From Blastocatellia bacterium UBA7656 (lineage in GTDB: Bacteria > Acidobacteriota > Blastocatellia > UBA7656): a stretch of DNA of 64,000 nt. The DNA lies in the NCBI GenBank assembly GCA_002483445.1, contig DLHY01000054.1, positions 9,149 to 73,148 on the forward strand. Direction: 5' to 3'. Each line of letters begins with the position of its first letter. Within the stretch, counting starts at the first letter, position 1. The translations under genes were made by a program, and so were the position numbers. Shown here piece by piece: positions 51,182-61,278 of the stretch. Below the pieces are notes generated by a model that saw nothing but the letters and a program-made list of their open reading frames with translations, had not been told where the DNA came from and did no database searches.

Positions 51182-52300
51182 ATGAAAAAAGAGACGGGAA
51201 AGAAAATCGCTAGAGTTATTTCAAGCTACTCCATCCTTATAGCCCTTTCACTCCTGACCGTCGCGCAACCGACGACAAATCCTGCAACGTCAAACAATCG
51301 TCGAGCGCCTGCCTCGCGCTCGACCGTGAAACCTGTTCATTCGGTTGCGGCAACCGTCGAGACTCATCCGGTGCCGAACGCAGAGGACGCGGCAGACGAT
51401 TCCGCAATCTGGATCGATCAGGCGGATGCTTCCCGCAGCGCGATCATCGGCACAGATAAACAGGGCGGGATTGCGGTCTACGATCTGGCAGGCAATCAAA
51501 TTCAGTATTTGCCCGATGGAAAAATGAATAATGTTGATATTCGAGCGGGCTTTCCTCTGGGCGGCCAGTCAGTGGCTCTGGTCGCGGCCAGCAATCGAAG
51601 CGACGACACCATAGCCCTCTATCGCATGAATCCTTCCACTCGAATGCTTGAAGATGTCGCAGCAAGGCGCGTGAAAACCCTCATGGCTTACGGCTGCTGT
51701 ATGTACCGCAGCGCGAAGACCGGAAAGTTCTACTACTTCGTCAACGACAAGTTCGGCAATGTGGAGCAGTGGGAGTTGTTCGATAACGGCGAAGGCAAAG
51801 TAGACGCCAAGCGGGTTCGTACGCTCAAACTCGCCACTCAGGTTGAAGGATGTGTGGCCGATGACGATCTCGGATATTTTTACATAGGCGAAGAGAACGT
51901 GGGCATCTGGAAATATCGGGCAGAGCCGAACGGCGGAAGAAGGCGCACACTCGTAGACAGTACCGGCCCGCGAGGTCATCTGGCCGCTGATGTCGAGGGG
52001 CTGACAATCGCTTATGGGAAAAATGGAAAGGGTTATCTCATAGCCTCCAGTCAGGGCGACAATTCATACATCATCTACAGGCGCGAGGGAAGAAATCGAT
52101 ATGTGAAGACTTTTCGCATAATCGCCGACAACGGCATAGATGAAGTCGGTAACACCGATGGCATTGACGTGACGACAGCCAGTCTCGGCCCGGCTTTCCC
52201 GCGCGGCGTCTTTATAGCTCAGGACGGATTGAACGAAGGCCATAATCAGAATTTCAAACTGGTGCCATGGCACCTCATAACAGGCGAGACTCTGCCCTAA
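51182..52300 (+). CDS. beta-propeller phytase (3-phytase)
   Basis: Signal peptide; BPP-family repeats (DDSAIWID..., GIAVYDLAG..., [15 protein letters not shown]); ATG at 51182 in frame with the track ORF. Confidence 0.75.
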   Translation: MKKETGKKIARVISSYSILIALSLLTVAQPTTNPATSNNRRAPASRSTVKPVHSVAATVETHPVPNAEDAADDSAIWIDQADASRSAIIGTDKQGGIAVYDLAGNQIQYLPDGKMNNVDIRAGFPLGGQSVALVAASNRSDDTIALYRMNPSTRMLEDVAARRVKTLMAYGCCMYRSAKTGKFYYFVNDKFGNVEQWELFDNGEGKVDAKRVRTLKLATQVEGCVADDDLGYFYIGEENVGIWKYRAEPNGGRRRTLVDSTGPRGHLAADVEGLTIAYGKNGKGYLIASSQGDNSYIIYRREGRNRYVKTFRIIADNGIDEVGNTDGIDVTTASLGPAFPRGVFIAQDGLNEGHNQNFKLVPWHLITGETLP

Positions 52301-52428
52301 GCTTGTACGAAGATTTCAAAGGGTGAATAAAGCAGGCGGCGATTTTCGAGAGCGAAGGTGTTGCCTCAAACGCCTGCTTTGTTCGATACTGCTCGCTCAG
52401 GAAAATTCAACCGGCTTTGAGGTAGAAA

Positions 52429-53073
52429 GTGGAGAGCTTGGAAGACAAACAGAAAACGCGCAAAATAATAAGCCTTCTCAAAAAGGCTTATCCTGATGCC
52501 CGGTGCAGTTTGAATTTCACAAACCCGCTTGAGCTTCTAATCGCCACCATACTTTCTGCCCAATGCACCGATGAAAGAGTCAACATCGTCACCCGCGATC
52601 TGTTCAGAAAATATCGCTCATCGGATGAATATGTGAAAGTTTCGCGCGAAGAAATGGAACAGGATATTCGCTCGACGGGCTTTTATCGCAACAAGGCCCG
52701 TTCGATTCAGGGCGCGTGCGAAATAATTTCTCAAAAACATAAAGGCCGCGTGCCTGATAGGGTTGAAGAACTGCTCGCGCTGCCTGGAGTTGCGCGCAAA
52801 ACGGCGAACGTCGTTTTAGGCAACGCATTCGGCATAGCATCGGGCGTCGTCGTCGACACGCACGTTGAAAGGCTCACTCGAAGATTGGGGCTGACCGAAC
52901 AGAAACAGCCTGAAAAAATAGAGCGCGATTTGATCGAACTTGTTCCCAAACGAGACTGGATCGATTTTTCTCACCTCCTGATTTATCACGGTCGACGGGT
53001 GTGCAAGGCCCGCGCGCCGTTGTGCGAAGAGTGTGTGATAGAAAAACTCTGCCCGTCATCCCTGCTCAGATGA
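52429..53073 (+). CDS. nth: endonuclease III
   Basis: HhH-GPD (LPGVARKTANVV) and C-terminal 4Fe-4S Cys cluster (CKARAPLCEECVIEKLC). Confidence 0.85.
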   Translation: MESLEDKQKTRKIISLLKKAYPDARCSLNFTNPLELLIATILSAQCTDERVNIVTRDLFRKYRSSDEYVKVSREEMEQDIRSTGFYRNKARSIQGACEIISQKHKGRVPDRVEELLALPGVARKTANVVLGNAFGIASGVVVDTHVERLTRRLGLTEQKQPEKIERDLIELVPKRDWIDFSHLLIYHGRRVCKARAPLCEECVIEKLCPSSLLR

Positions 53074-53120
53074 AATCGTTTCAGCCTGTTTCTCTATGTC
53101 TGTGATTGGCAGGCCCGTTA

Positions 53121-54347
53121 TCATCTGCGACCGGCCTCCTCCCTCAAGCAGAACAACCGGCGGCCGGTGCGAATCAGCAGCGCGTTATCGACCGAGGCGA
53201 CACCATAAACGCGGCCTTCGATGGTCAGATGGTTTTGGGCGAGCCGTTCGACCTTATCGCCTGCGCGCAAAACCTGTGTGTTGCCATCCATGGTGAAGAA
53301 ATAGATGCGGTCGCCGACGGCGAGCGGTGAAGCCCAGCAATCACCTTCGATGCGCGTGTTCCAAATCTCCGCGCCGGTCTGCAAATCCAGACAGAAAACC
53401 ACGCCTACTCTGTTGACGAAATAAACGCGCCCCTGATAAACCAGCGGCGAAGCGTGAAGGGTAGTAGCGTTCGCGGCTCGCCACGCGATTTGTTTGTCGG
53501 TGATGTCTCCCGCGCCGCCGAGTCGCACTGCGAGGTTCGAACCTTTATCGGTCGAACCGATCACCACCAGACTGTCGCTCACCGAAGGCGATGGAATCGT
53601 ATTGTTTTTCAGTCCGTTGACGACCCATATCTCTTTGCCGCTTGCGGTGTCATAGGCTGCGACTCTGCCGCTGGTGCTGATGACGATTTGCGCGCGCCCC
53701 TGATAAGTAGTGATGACCGGCGTCGCCCACGAAACGCTTTGCGGAAGATCAGTCTTCCAGATATTTTTGCCCGTCGTTTTATCAATCGAGAGCATATAAC
53801 AAGGCCCCTCGCGATCCGCAATCAGCGTGATGATGGCCTGCTCGGTCAGCGCGATGGAACTGCCAAGCCCATGCAGGTTTTTGAAATCGCCATACTCGCG
53901 CGCCAGTTCGCGCCGCCACAGCAATTTGCCTTGATGATCGAAAGCGAAGAGGTCGCCGCTCTCGAAAAAAACGAAGAGCCGATGGCGATCAACAGCAGGC
54001 GTGGGCGCAGCTTTGCTGCGGATGTGCAAATCTTTCATGGCGAGACTCGAAGCGTACTCGCGCGTCCACAGCAGGCGACCTGACTTCAGTTCGATGCCGG
54101 TGATGAAGAGTTTTTCTTTGTTCTCGCCAGCCATTGAAGTCACGAAAACCTTGTCGCGCCACACGACCGGGCTTGATTGACCGTAGCCGGGAAGGTTCGC
54201 CGTCCATGCGAGGTTTTTGCTGTCCGACCATTCGAGCGGCAGGTTGCGCGCGTCGCTGTGCGAGTCGCCGCTGCCGCGAAATCCCGGCCAGTTGTTTTGC
54301 GCCGGTCCGAGCGTGAGTGAAAGCAAACAAGCCAATATCCAATTCAT
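53121..54347 (-). CDS. secreted PQQ-like beta-propeller repeat protein
   Basis: Signal peptide (MNWILACLLSL), NWPGFRG motif and repeated PQQ-type blades. Confidence 0.65.
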   Translation of the reverse strand: MNWILACLLSLTLGPAQNNWPGFRGSGDSHSDARNLPLEWSDSKNLAWTANLPGYGQSSPVVWRDKVFVTSMAGENKEKLFITGIELKSGRLLWTREYASSLAMKDLHIRSKAAPTPAVDRHRLFVFFESGDLFAFDHQGKLLWRRELAREYGDFKNLHGLGSSIALTEQAIITLIADREGPCYMLSIDKTTGKNIWKTDLPQSVSWATPVITTYQGRAQIVISTSGRVAAYDTASGKEIWVVNGLKNNTIPSPSVSDSLVVIGSTDKGSNLAVRLGGAGDITDKQIAWRAANATTLHASPLVYQGRVYFVNRVGVVFCLDLQTGAEIWNTRIEGDCWASPLAVGDRIYFFTMDGNTQVLRAGDKVERLAQNHLTIEGRVYGVASVDNALLIRTGRRLFCLREEAGRR

Positions 54348-54596
54348 CAGTTTATCCTTGCGGCGGGGCAGTTGCTCGCCGCCGTGCATTGACAGGTTAT
54401 AACACTGCGAGCGTCAGTGTTGTCAGTACCACCTACGGTAGCGGGCGGGTACAAGTTCTATATAACTAAACACTGCGCGGCGGTAAACAACTGCAACACT
54501 GTCACAGTGAGACGGCGCGATTCGGCGGCGCTCGCCGATTCCGTCGTGCGGGTGACTTCATTGGTGAGGTGGATTTAAGCGCGTCATTTAGGCGAA

Positions 54597-55490
54597 TCAG
54601 AATGAAGACTTGCCGTCCTTCATCCAGTCGCGCGTCATGTCGCACCAGAGCGCAAGCCCGCGCCAGTGATTGAAGCGCGAGTAATACTGCTCGATCTTTT
54701 TATCTTTCGCCGCCCGCCCGCCATTGTGAAGGCGCGCAAACTTCGCCCGCACCCACGAATCCAGAGCAAGCCCTTCGTAGCGACCGACGAGCTTCAATAA
54801 ATTCTCAGCCGCATAATCGCCTACGCCTTTCACCCGCTTCATCTCGCGCTTGAGTTCCGCTGTGGGTTCGTCGCTTGCGAGCCAGCTTTCAACATCGAGT
54901 TCGCCCGAAGCCACCCGCTCGGCAAGCTCCTTGAGATAAGGAGCGCGATACCCCGCTCGCACTTCATCGCGATAAAACTTCTCGGGTTGAGAGGCCATTT
55001 CTTGCGCAGTGGGAAATGCGCGGCGGCGGTCGTTCGACTCGCGGCCAAGCGCGGCGACGAGGCTCCGCACCATTTTGTCCGTCAGCGACCACGAGCAGTT
55101 GGTCGTGCAGATAGTTTTCACGAGGTCTTCGAATACGGTAGGCGAGCGGAGCAATCGCCCGGCCCCTTCCGTTTCGACCCATTGAAAATCGGCATCCCGC
55201 GAGATGAGGCGATAAAACTCGCTCATATCGTCATCGAGGCGGAGCATGTGGCGAGTATCGCGCTCTATCTTTTCGAGCGCGCGACGGCTTGCTTTATCCG
55301 GCGCCTGGATTTTGACTGCGCGACGAGTGTGAGTGATCGTGACTGTAAAGGCGCGATCATCGAGAGCGATCACTCTGGTGAGAGTCCAGTTTTGAGGATC
55401 GATTTCGAAGGGCGGCAGTTCGCTCCATCCGTGACTGATAGCCGTCCGCTTGAAGCTGAAATCTTTCGGGGTGCGAAGGAGAATTTCCAT
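54597..55490 (-). CDS. HhH-GPD DNA glycosylase (AlkA/Ogg-like)
   Basis: N-terminal AlkA/OGG-type domain, HhH (VKGVGDYAAENLL) and catalytic Asp region (LALDSWV). Confidence 0.65.
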   Translation of the reverse strand: MEILLRTPKDFSFKRTAISHGWSELPPFEIDPQNWTLTRVIALDDRAFTVTITHTRRAVKIQAPDKASRRALEKIERDTRHMLRLDDDMSEFYRLISRDADFQWVETEGAGRLLRSPTVFEDLVKTICTTNCSWSLTDKMVRSLVAALGRESNDRRRAFPTAQEMASQPEKFYRDEVRAGYRAPYLKELAERVASGELDVESWLASDEPTAELKREMKRVKGVGDYAAENLLKLVGRYEGLALDSWVRAKFARLHNGGRAAKDKKIEQYYSRFNHWRGLALWCDMTRDWMKDGKSSF

Positions 55491-55501
55491 GATTTGAATC
55501 T

Positions 55502-55798
55502 CTACAAAAGGTCATCGTCGAGGTCGATCAGTTCATCAGCCTGCTCAAGTTCGAAGTACTGGTCGAAGGTTTCAGCCGAGCGCGGCAGGTCTACGCCGCT
55601 CGAATAAAACAGGTATTCGAGGAACCGCTCTTTCGCCTGCCTCAAGTCATCGATTATATCCTGGCCGAATCCGCCCTGAGTGATCGCGATGATCAGCTTC
55701 TGCGCTATCGGCTCTTCATCGTCGTTATGCGATCTGAGCAGTTCAAGGTAAGCGGGCTTGAACGCAACGACGTAGTAGGATTTCTCCATCTCGCTCAT
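55502..55798 (-). CDS. hypothetical acidic protein
   Basis: 98-aa ORF translationally coupled to queF (start overlaps the queF stop). Confidence 0.4.
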   Translation of the reverse strand: MSEMEKSYYVVAFKPAYLELLRSHNDDEEPIAQKLIIAITQGGFGQDIIDDLRQAKERFLEYLFYSSGVDLPRSAETFDQYFELEQADELIDLDDDLL

Positions 55799-56196
55799 TA
55801 TGGTTTCCTGTACGACGCGCGGATTACGGTATGGATATTGCCGCGCACATTGAAATCGCCTTCGATATCGACCCTCAACGGATCACAGGCGCGCGTGAAG
55901 TCTTCGAGTATGCGATTGATGACGTGTTCGTGAAATATCTTCACCTGTCGAAACGAGTTGATGTAGAGCTTGAGCGATTTCAACTCCACGCATCGTTCGT
56001 TGGGCGTGTAATCGATTTTGATCGTCGCGAAATCCGGGAAATCAGAAAACGGGCAGATGGCCGTGAATTCGGGACAGGTGAACGAAATGACTATCTCTTT
56101 GCCCTTGTGCTTGTACTCGAACGTGTCGAGCGGATACAGATTCATTTCTTCCGCGGGAGTTTCTTCAATCACCAGTCCCGTATCAGGAGCGTCCAT
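55798..56196 (-). CDS. queF: NADPH-dependent 7-cyano-7-deazaguanine reductase (type I)
   Basis: Catalytic Cys segment (FTAICPFS) and the QueF motif ELKSLKLY. Confidence 0.8.
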   Translation of the reverse strand: MDAPDTGLVIEETPAEEMNLYPLDTFEYKHKGKEIVISFTCPEFTAICPFSDFPDFATIKIDYTPNERCVELKSLKLYINSFRQVKIFHEHVINRILEDFTRACDPLRVDIEGDFNVRGNIHTVIRASYRKP

Positions 56197-56206
56197 AATG
56201 TTTCCT

Positions 56207-56295
56207 CAGAAAGAAGTCTGGAGTCGAGAGTCTGGAGTCCGTTATATGGAGTCGTCACCTGTTTTTCATACTTTCAGGGCGTCGCCTCTGACGAA
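56207..56295. repeat. ~85-nt conserved intergenic element, copy B
   Basis: About 90% identical to 28727-28812; followed by a CAGCAGGCTG/CAGCCTGCTG hairpin at 56323-56343. Confidence 0.5.
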
Positions 56296-56418
56296 AGGGC
56301 AGACTCCTCAGAACAGGTACAGCAGGCTGGCAGCCTGCTGGTTCCCCGATTCTTCTACTTTCCGTGCGTCAACAGGCTGGCTGACGGTTCTATCGGGCGC
56401 CTTCTCTCGAAAAAGATG

Positions 56419-56505
56419 CCAGGTGTTAGAGGTCAGATGTTCGTGGAAGCGGCTTCGCTTCTGCTCTCTGGTTACTAACATCTGACATCCAGCATCTAGC
56501 ATCTT
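56419..56505. repeat. inverted pair of GATGTYA heptamer arrays (CTGAC/CTAAC core)
   Basis: GTGTTAGAGGTCAGATGTT ... CTAACATCTGACATCCAGCATCTAGCATC. Confidence 0.45.
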
Positions 56506-56541
56506 CTCGGTTGAAAGTGTAGCAGTCGCAAAGACGCGGCT

Positions 56542-58257
56542 TCAACCATCCGAGCTTTCTTTCTCGTCAACGGGAGGGAGCGGTCTGGACTCGCGGCTCA
56601 CAGCGCGCAGCAGAAGGTAAAGGAGAGCGGATAGGACGGGCGCGCCTGCGAGAATCATCCAGTAAGGAATGATGCCCTTCACTCCTAACCATTGCGCGCC
56701 TCCGAGGAAAATAGCGACTATGAATGCCGACATGACGATCATCAGATTGCGCGAGGTCTGCTGCCCCTTCTGATACTTTGTCGAAAGCGGAATCACTTCG
56801 CGGAACGTGAACGAGACCATAAGAGTAGCCGGCGCGATGGCTATCCACGGCGCGATGACCAGAAACGCATGTAAGGGATCGCGCCACAAAGCCGCATAAA
56901 ACGCAAACAGGATGATGAACTCAGGCAAAACGATCAACATCAATACCACTTTTCTCATGCCTTGATGAATCTCTCCGAGATGCGAGACAGGCGCGATGCG
57001 AAAGATATAGGCGGCTCTGTAGTGTTCGGAAAATATCAGTCCTTCGACTGCCGTTTGCCCGATGAAGCAGACGAAGGCCGGCCCCATGACCGAATAAAGA
57101 CTCAGGCCGCCTTTTATGAGCGGATCGACCTGAAGGAACGGATCGGGCAGTCCTTCGGTGATCAAGGCGATGAACGGAAAAACTATGAAGTAGGCAAGCG
57201 ACGGGTAGAGCCGCACTCTCGTTTCGCGGTTGCGTTTGAGATAAACCAGCGCGAGATCGAAAACCGCGCGCTCTGCGGGGCGGCGCAGGATCGCCGTTTT
57301 TATCGCGCCCATCAATCCGATTCTGTTTTGAGAAAATTTCAATCGCTCGCCTTCGGTCGTCCGCCTGGGCCTGTCGGCGGAGATGCCCGACATCTGCGAG
57401 GAATACCCGGCGGCGACTTTGCGCAATGCGATAAAGCCGAGAGTGATTATCGACAAAATCGAGACAGCCGACAGCCCCAGCGTGAGCGCATTGATTTCTC
57501 CCATCACTAACATCGTCAGTCCGGCAAACCATGTGGGCGGAAACAGCAGCAGATACCAGCGAAGCTGGGTGTTCGCGCCGAACTGATATTTTTCAACCAG
57601 GCGCGGCATCACCTGATAGCCGAGGATGAAAAACATCGCAAGCCCGACCTGACAGTAGGTTATGATGCTGTCGAATCTCTCGCGGCTGACATACCTCATG
57701 AGCAATCCGTAAACAGTCACGATCAGCGCGGAGGCAAAGACTGCCATAGCGACGGAAGAAATAAGATGAGCCGGTATGAAGAGCCAGCCTGAGCGCGTGG
57801 CGGCGATCCCGCAGATGGTCGGAAACAGATTCGCAGGAATGGCCAGCAGCAGCGTGAAGGCAAACAGGTTTATGATCTTCGCAAGAAAAATGGTTCTCGA
57901 CCCGATGGGCAGATGGCCGATGACATCCGCTTCCGATTCGTTGAACAGCACGTTGCCCGACTCGATGACGATTGCAAGCGCGACGACTATCAGCGTGAAG
58001 CTCAACGCGAGGATGGAATAGAAGAGGACATCTGCGCCGGTGAAGGCGATCATCCCGACTATCAAACCCATGATCGAATAAGTGCCGACCAGCATCAGCA
58101 AAGCCCAGTTGGTTTTGATGTACTGGTTTTTATCGGGACGCATGGCGGCCTTGCCGCTTCGCAAGTCCTGCTTGAAGTAAACCGCGAGCAGCGCCTTTAC
58201 GTGCCGCCAGTCTACGGGCAGTTTGTCGACAGGCGTGATGGGTGTGAGCGTGTCCAT
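56542..58257 (-). CDS. large polytopic permease, putative ABC-2-type transporter membrane component
   Basis: About 12 predicted TM helices; immediately downstream of the ABC ATPase. Confidence 0.55.
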   Translation of the reverse strand: MDTLTPITPVDKLPVDWRHVKALLAVYFKQDLRSGKAAMRPDKNQYIKTNWALLMLVGTYSIMGLIVGMIAFTGADVLFYSILALSFTLIVVALAIVIESGNVLFNESEADVIGHLPIGSRTIFLAKIINLFAFTLLLAIPANLFPTICGIAATRSGWLFIPAHLISSVAMAVFASALIVTVYGLLMRYVSRERFDSIITYCQVGLAMFFILGYQVMPRLVEKYQFGANTQLRWYLLLFPPTWFAGLTMLVMGEINALTLGLSAVSILSIITLGFIALRKVAAGYSSQMSGISADRPRRTTEGERLKFSQNRIGLMGAIKTAILRRPAERAVFDLALVYLKRNRETRVRLYPSLAYFIVFPFIALITEGLPDPFLQVDPLIKGGLSLYSVMGPAFVCFIGQTAVEGLIFSEHYRAAYIFRIAPVSHLGEIHQGMRKVVLMLIVLPEFIILFAFYAALWRDPLHAFLVIAPWIAIAPATLMVSFTFREVIPLSTKYQKGQQTSRNLMIVMSAFIVAIFLGGAQWLGVKGIIPYWMILAGAPVLSALLYLLLRAVSRESRPLPPVDEKESSDG

Positions 58258-58258
58258 T

Positions 58259-59029
58259 TCAAAAGCTGAAGGTTCTGGAAAACTCTTCCGCTCGCTCTTC
58301 TACGTCGGTGTGCGAGGTGAGCTTGTTGAAGATGCGCTCAAGCGATCCTTCGCCGCTCGCCTCCTGAAGTTGGGAGAGCGTGCCGTCAGCGACTATACGG
58401 CCCTGATCTATTATCACGATGCGGTCGCAGGTGCGCTCGACGACATCCATTATGTGCGAGCAGTAGAAAATCGTCTTCCCTTCGGCGGCGAGATTTTTGA
58501 TCAGAGTCTTGAACATCAGTTGAGTGCTTGCATCGAGGCCGTTGAGAGGCTCGTCGAAAAAAATCACTCGCGGGTTATGAATGAGAGAGGCTGATATGAC
58601 CACCTTTTGCCGCATACCCTTCGAATAGGCGGAGAGCAGTTTGTTGTCGAGCGTGTCCCGACCAAGCTCGAAGAAATCGGCGAACTTCAGCACGCGGTCA
58701 GCGATGAGCGCATCCGCGAGGCCGTAGAGTCGGCCCACCATTTCGAGGTATTCGCGGCCTGTGAGGGATTCGAAGACCGCGCCTGATTCGGGAACGTATC
58801 CGATGATGCGTTTGATGGCCAGTTGATCGCGCTGAAGATCGAGTCCGCAGATTTCAGCCCTCCCAATCGTGGGCGCGATCATGCCTGTGAGCATCTTCAC
58901 GGTAGTCGATTTGCCTGCGCCGTTCGGCCCCAGATAGCCGAGAAGTTGGCCCGGAGGAACAGTGAGACTGACGCGATCAACCGCAACAGTGCTGCCATAA
59001 ACTTTCGTCAGATTTTCCAGAACTATCAT
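58259..59029 (-). CDS. ABC transporter ATP-binding protein
   Basis: Walker A (GPNGAGKST), ABC signature (LSAYSKGMRQK), Walker B (IFFDEP). Confidence 0.85.
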   Translation of the reverse strand: MIVLENLTKVYGSTVAVDRVSLTVPPGQLLGYLGPNGAGKSTTVKMLTGMIAPTIGRAEICGLDLQRDQLAIKRIIGYVPESGAVFESLTGREYLEMVGRLYGLADALIADRVLKFADFFELGRDTLDNKLLSAYSKGMRQKVVISASLIHNPRVIFFDEPLNGLDASTQLMFKTLIKNLAAEGKTIFYCSHIMDVVERTCDRIVIIDQGRIVADGTLSQLQEASGEGSLERIFNKLTSHTDVEERAEEFSRTFSF

Positions 59030-59038
59030 TAGCGTTTC

Positions 59039-59821
59039 TCAATCGTAATCGTAATGGCGAGGCTGCTCGCGTCGCCGCCGGAAGATGAATGAGAGTATCA
59101 ATCCCGCGACGAATCCTCCGATGTGGGCCATGTAGGCCACTCCGGCTGTTTGCGTAGTATTTTTAATCGAAGCGGTGTATTGACTGATGATCTGAATCAC
59201 GATCCAGAAACCCAGCACGACCATGGCAGGAAGTTCGACCGTCGTCCAGATGTAGCCGAGGGGCAGAATCGCGCGCACGCGATTGCGAGGGAACATCACC
59301 AGATACGCGCCAAGCACGCCCGCTATCGCGCCCGACGCGCCGAGAGAGGGGATGGGAGATTGAGGCTCGATGGCGATCTGAGCGAATGACGCAGCCACAC
59401 CACATACCAGATAAAAGATTATAAATTTCACATGGCCGAAGTTGTCTTCGAGGTTGTCGCCGAATATCCACAGGTAAAGCATGTTGCCGATGATATGCAT
59501 CCATCCGCCGTGCATAAACATCGCTGTAAGCAAAGTCAGATAGATCGGACTCGGCCCCGGCGCTTGAGGAATCGCAGGCAGTCGTCGCGCATCCGGTCGA
59601 CCGCGAGGCTCTTCCACATTCAGCCTTTGAGGTTCTTTCAGATCCTGGCCAGTGGTGATCTCTTTGGCCACCACCGAGTAGCCGTAGGTGAACCAGTCGC
59701 CACTCGGACTGCCTGCGCGCTGCAAAAACAAAAACACCAGAATGTTCAATGCGACGATGGCATAGACAACGAATGGAACGGTTCGCCTGCCGTAGTTGTC
59801 ATCTCCTATGGGTAGCAGCAT
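59039..59821 (-). CDS. rhomboid-family intramembrane serine protease
   Basis: Six TM helices with GASGAIAGVLGAY (catalytic Ser) and HIGG (His) motifs. Confidence 0.8.
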   Translation of the reverse strand: MLLPIGDDNYGRRTVPFVVYAIVALNILVFLFLQRAGSPSGDWFTYGYSVVAKEITTGQDLKEPQRLNVEEPRGRPDARRLPAIPQAPGPSPIYLTLLTAMFMHGGWMHIIGNMLYLWIFGDNLEDNFGHVKFIIFYLVCGVAASFAQIAIEPQSPIPSLGASGAIAGVLGAYLVMFPRNRVRAILPLGYIWTTVELPAMVVLGFWIVIQIISQYTASIKNTTQTAGVAYMAHIGGFVAGLILSFIFRRRREQPRHYDYD

Positions 59822-59829
59822 GTCTTGTC

Positions 59830-59960
59830 CAGATGTCAGATGTCAGATGTTAGATGTTAGATGTTAGAGAGGGCGACTTTATGTGAGTGCCTGCCTCAGT
59901 TGCGCGTCTGTCGAGCAAAAACTTCTTCCACTAACATCTGACATCTGACATCTAACATCT
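59830..59960. repeat. inverted pair of AGATGTC/AGATGTT heptamer arrays flanking a ~62-nt spacer
   Basis: CAGATGTCAGATGTCAGATGTTAGATGTTAGATGTTAG ... CTAACATCTGACATCTGACATCTAACATC (reverse complements). Confidence 0.55.
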
Positions 59961-59965
59961 TCCTT

Positions 59966-60835
59966 TCATTTCCCGCTCCACTTCAACTTGGTTCGCAGAA
60001 TTTCAAAATAATCTCGCTCCTTCGCGCGAATTATATTGAACGTTTTTTCGCTGCGACGGATTTCCACCAAATCACCGGCCCTTAGTCGCAGGCTCACCTG
60101 ACCGTCTGACGTGAGTATGACTTTCTGCGAGCGCGTTCTCAATCGAAGACTGATGCGCACGCTGTCAGGGAGAACGAGCGGGCGATTCGTCAGCGTGTGC
60201 GGACACAGCGGGCAGATGATCATCACCTCGGCTCCGGGAACGATGATCGGGCCGCCTGCCGAAAGATTGTACGCGGTCGAGCCTGTCGGAGTCGATATCA
60301 TCAGCCCGTCAGCCCTGTAGCCTGTCACGTGGTGAGAATCAACCGAGCAATCGATGTCGATTATTCTCGCCTCGGCAGCTTTCGTCACCACCACCTCGTT
60401 CAGCGAAGAGGCTGCGCCTCTCTCTACGCCGTCGCGCACAACGCGCCAGTCGAGCATCATCCTTGGGTCGGTGAGGTAATCTCCTCTCGCCACATCTTCG
60501 AGCGCACTCATAGCTTCTTCGACGGTGAATTCAGTGAGGTAGCCGAGCGTGCCCAGATTGACGCCCAAAACGGGAGTGCCTCGTCCGGCGACGACTCCTG
60601 CGGCGGTGATCATCGTCCCGTCTCCGCCCAAAACGATGAGCAGGTCTGCCTCCGCGCCGATCTTTTCGAGCGATGCGGGTTCTATGCCTGGGAGCCGTTG
60701 ATCGATATGATCGTTTATGAGAAGCCTGATCTGATTGTCTGCGGCCCAGGGAATGATCTTTTCCACTAGCTCGATTGCGCGAGGTTCAGCGGGTTTGGAT
60801 ATGACTCCGACTTGCGCCAGATGTTTGTCATTCAC
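59966..60835 (-). CDS. nadK: NAD+ kinase
   Basis: GGDGTMI and NLGTLGYLTE motifs. Confidence 0.85.
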   Translation of the reverse strand: MNDKHLAQVGVISKPAEPRAIELVEKIIPWAADNQIRLLINDHIDQRLPGIEPASLEKIGAEADLLIVLGGDGTMITAAGVVAGRGTPVLGVNLGTLGYLTEFTVEEAMSALEDVARGDYLTDPRMMLDWRVVRDGVERGAASSLNEVVVTKAAEARIIDIDCSVDSHHVTGYRADGLMISTPTGSTAYNLSAGGPIIVPGAEVMIICPLCPHTLTNRPLVLPDSVRISLRLRTRSQKVILTSDGQVSLRLRAGDLVEIRRSEKTFNIIRAKERDYFEILRTKLKWSGK

Positions 60836-60918
60836 GAACTGAACCTCCGTAAAAACGACGTTTCTTCATCGATCCCATACACAGCCGCGCGCCTGCCTCG
60901 ACCGCCTGGTCGCCAAGC

Positions 60919-61239
60919 TCAATCAGCCATTCGCGCGGCTTTGGCGATGTCTTCACCTGCAACGAGCAGGAACTCGTTTCTGGCTCCTTCCATACGACTC
61001 TGGCGATAGGGTTTGTACTCATCGCTCTCATAGAAAGCTTCTGCGGCATCTTTGGAGGGCCACTCGATGATGAGAAAAATCTGAGGAGCCTTTCGCTCGC
61101 CTTCGATCTTTTCAATTCTGGAGGTGCGAGCCAGATACCGACCGCCGCTTTGTTCAACGAGCTTCGTTACGTCCCTGACGTATGCCGGAACCCAACTCTG
61201 ATCAGTTATATCGATTTCTGCGACAGAATAATACTTCAC
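60919..61239 (-). CDS. DUF1330-family protein
   Basis: About 100 aa matching DUF1330 (IIEWPSKDAAEAFYESDEY). Confidence 0.6.
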   Translation of the reverse strand: MKYYSVAEIDITDQSWVPAYVRDVTKLVEQSGGRYLARTSRIEKIEGERKAPQIFLIIEWPSKDAAEAFYESDEYKPYRQSRMEGARNEFLLVAGEDIAKAARMAD

Positions 61240-61278
61240 GTGATACCTCCCAACCTTCTTAGGAGTCGATGAAGATCG

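Noticed and set aside
56197-56330. preQ1 riboswitch upstream of queF
   Set aside because: The region is copy B of the shared 85-nt element, which is also found after the esterase gene, and no preQ1-I or preQ1-II consensus was recognised.
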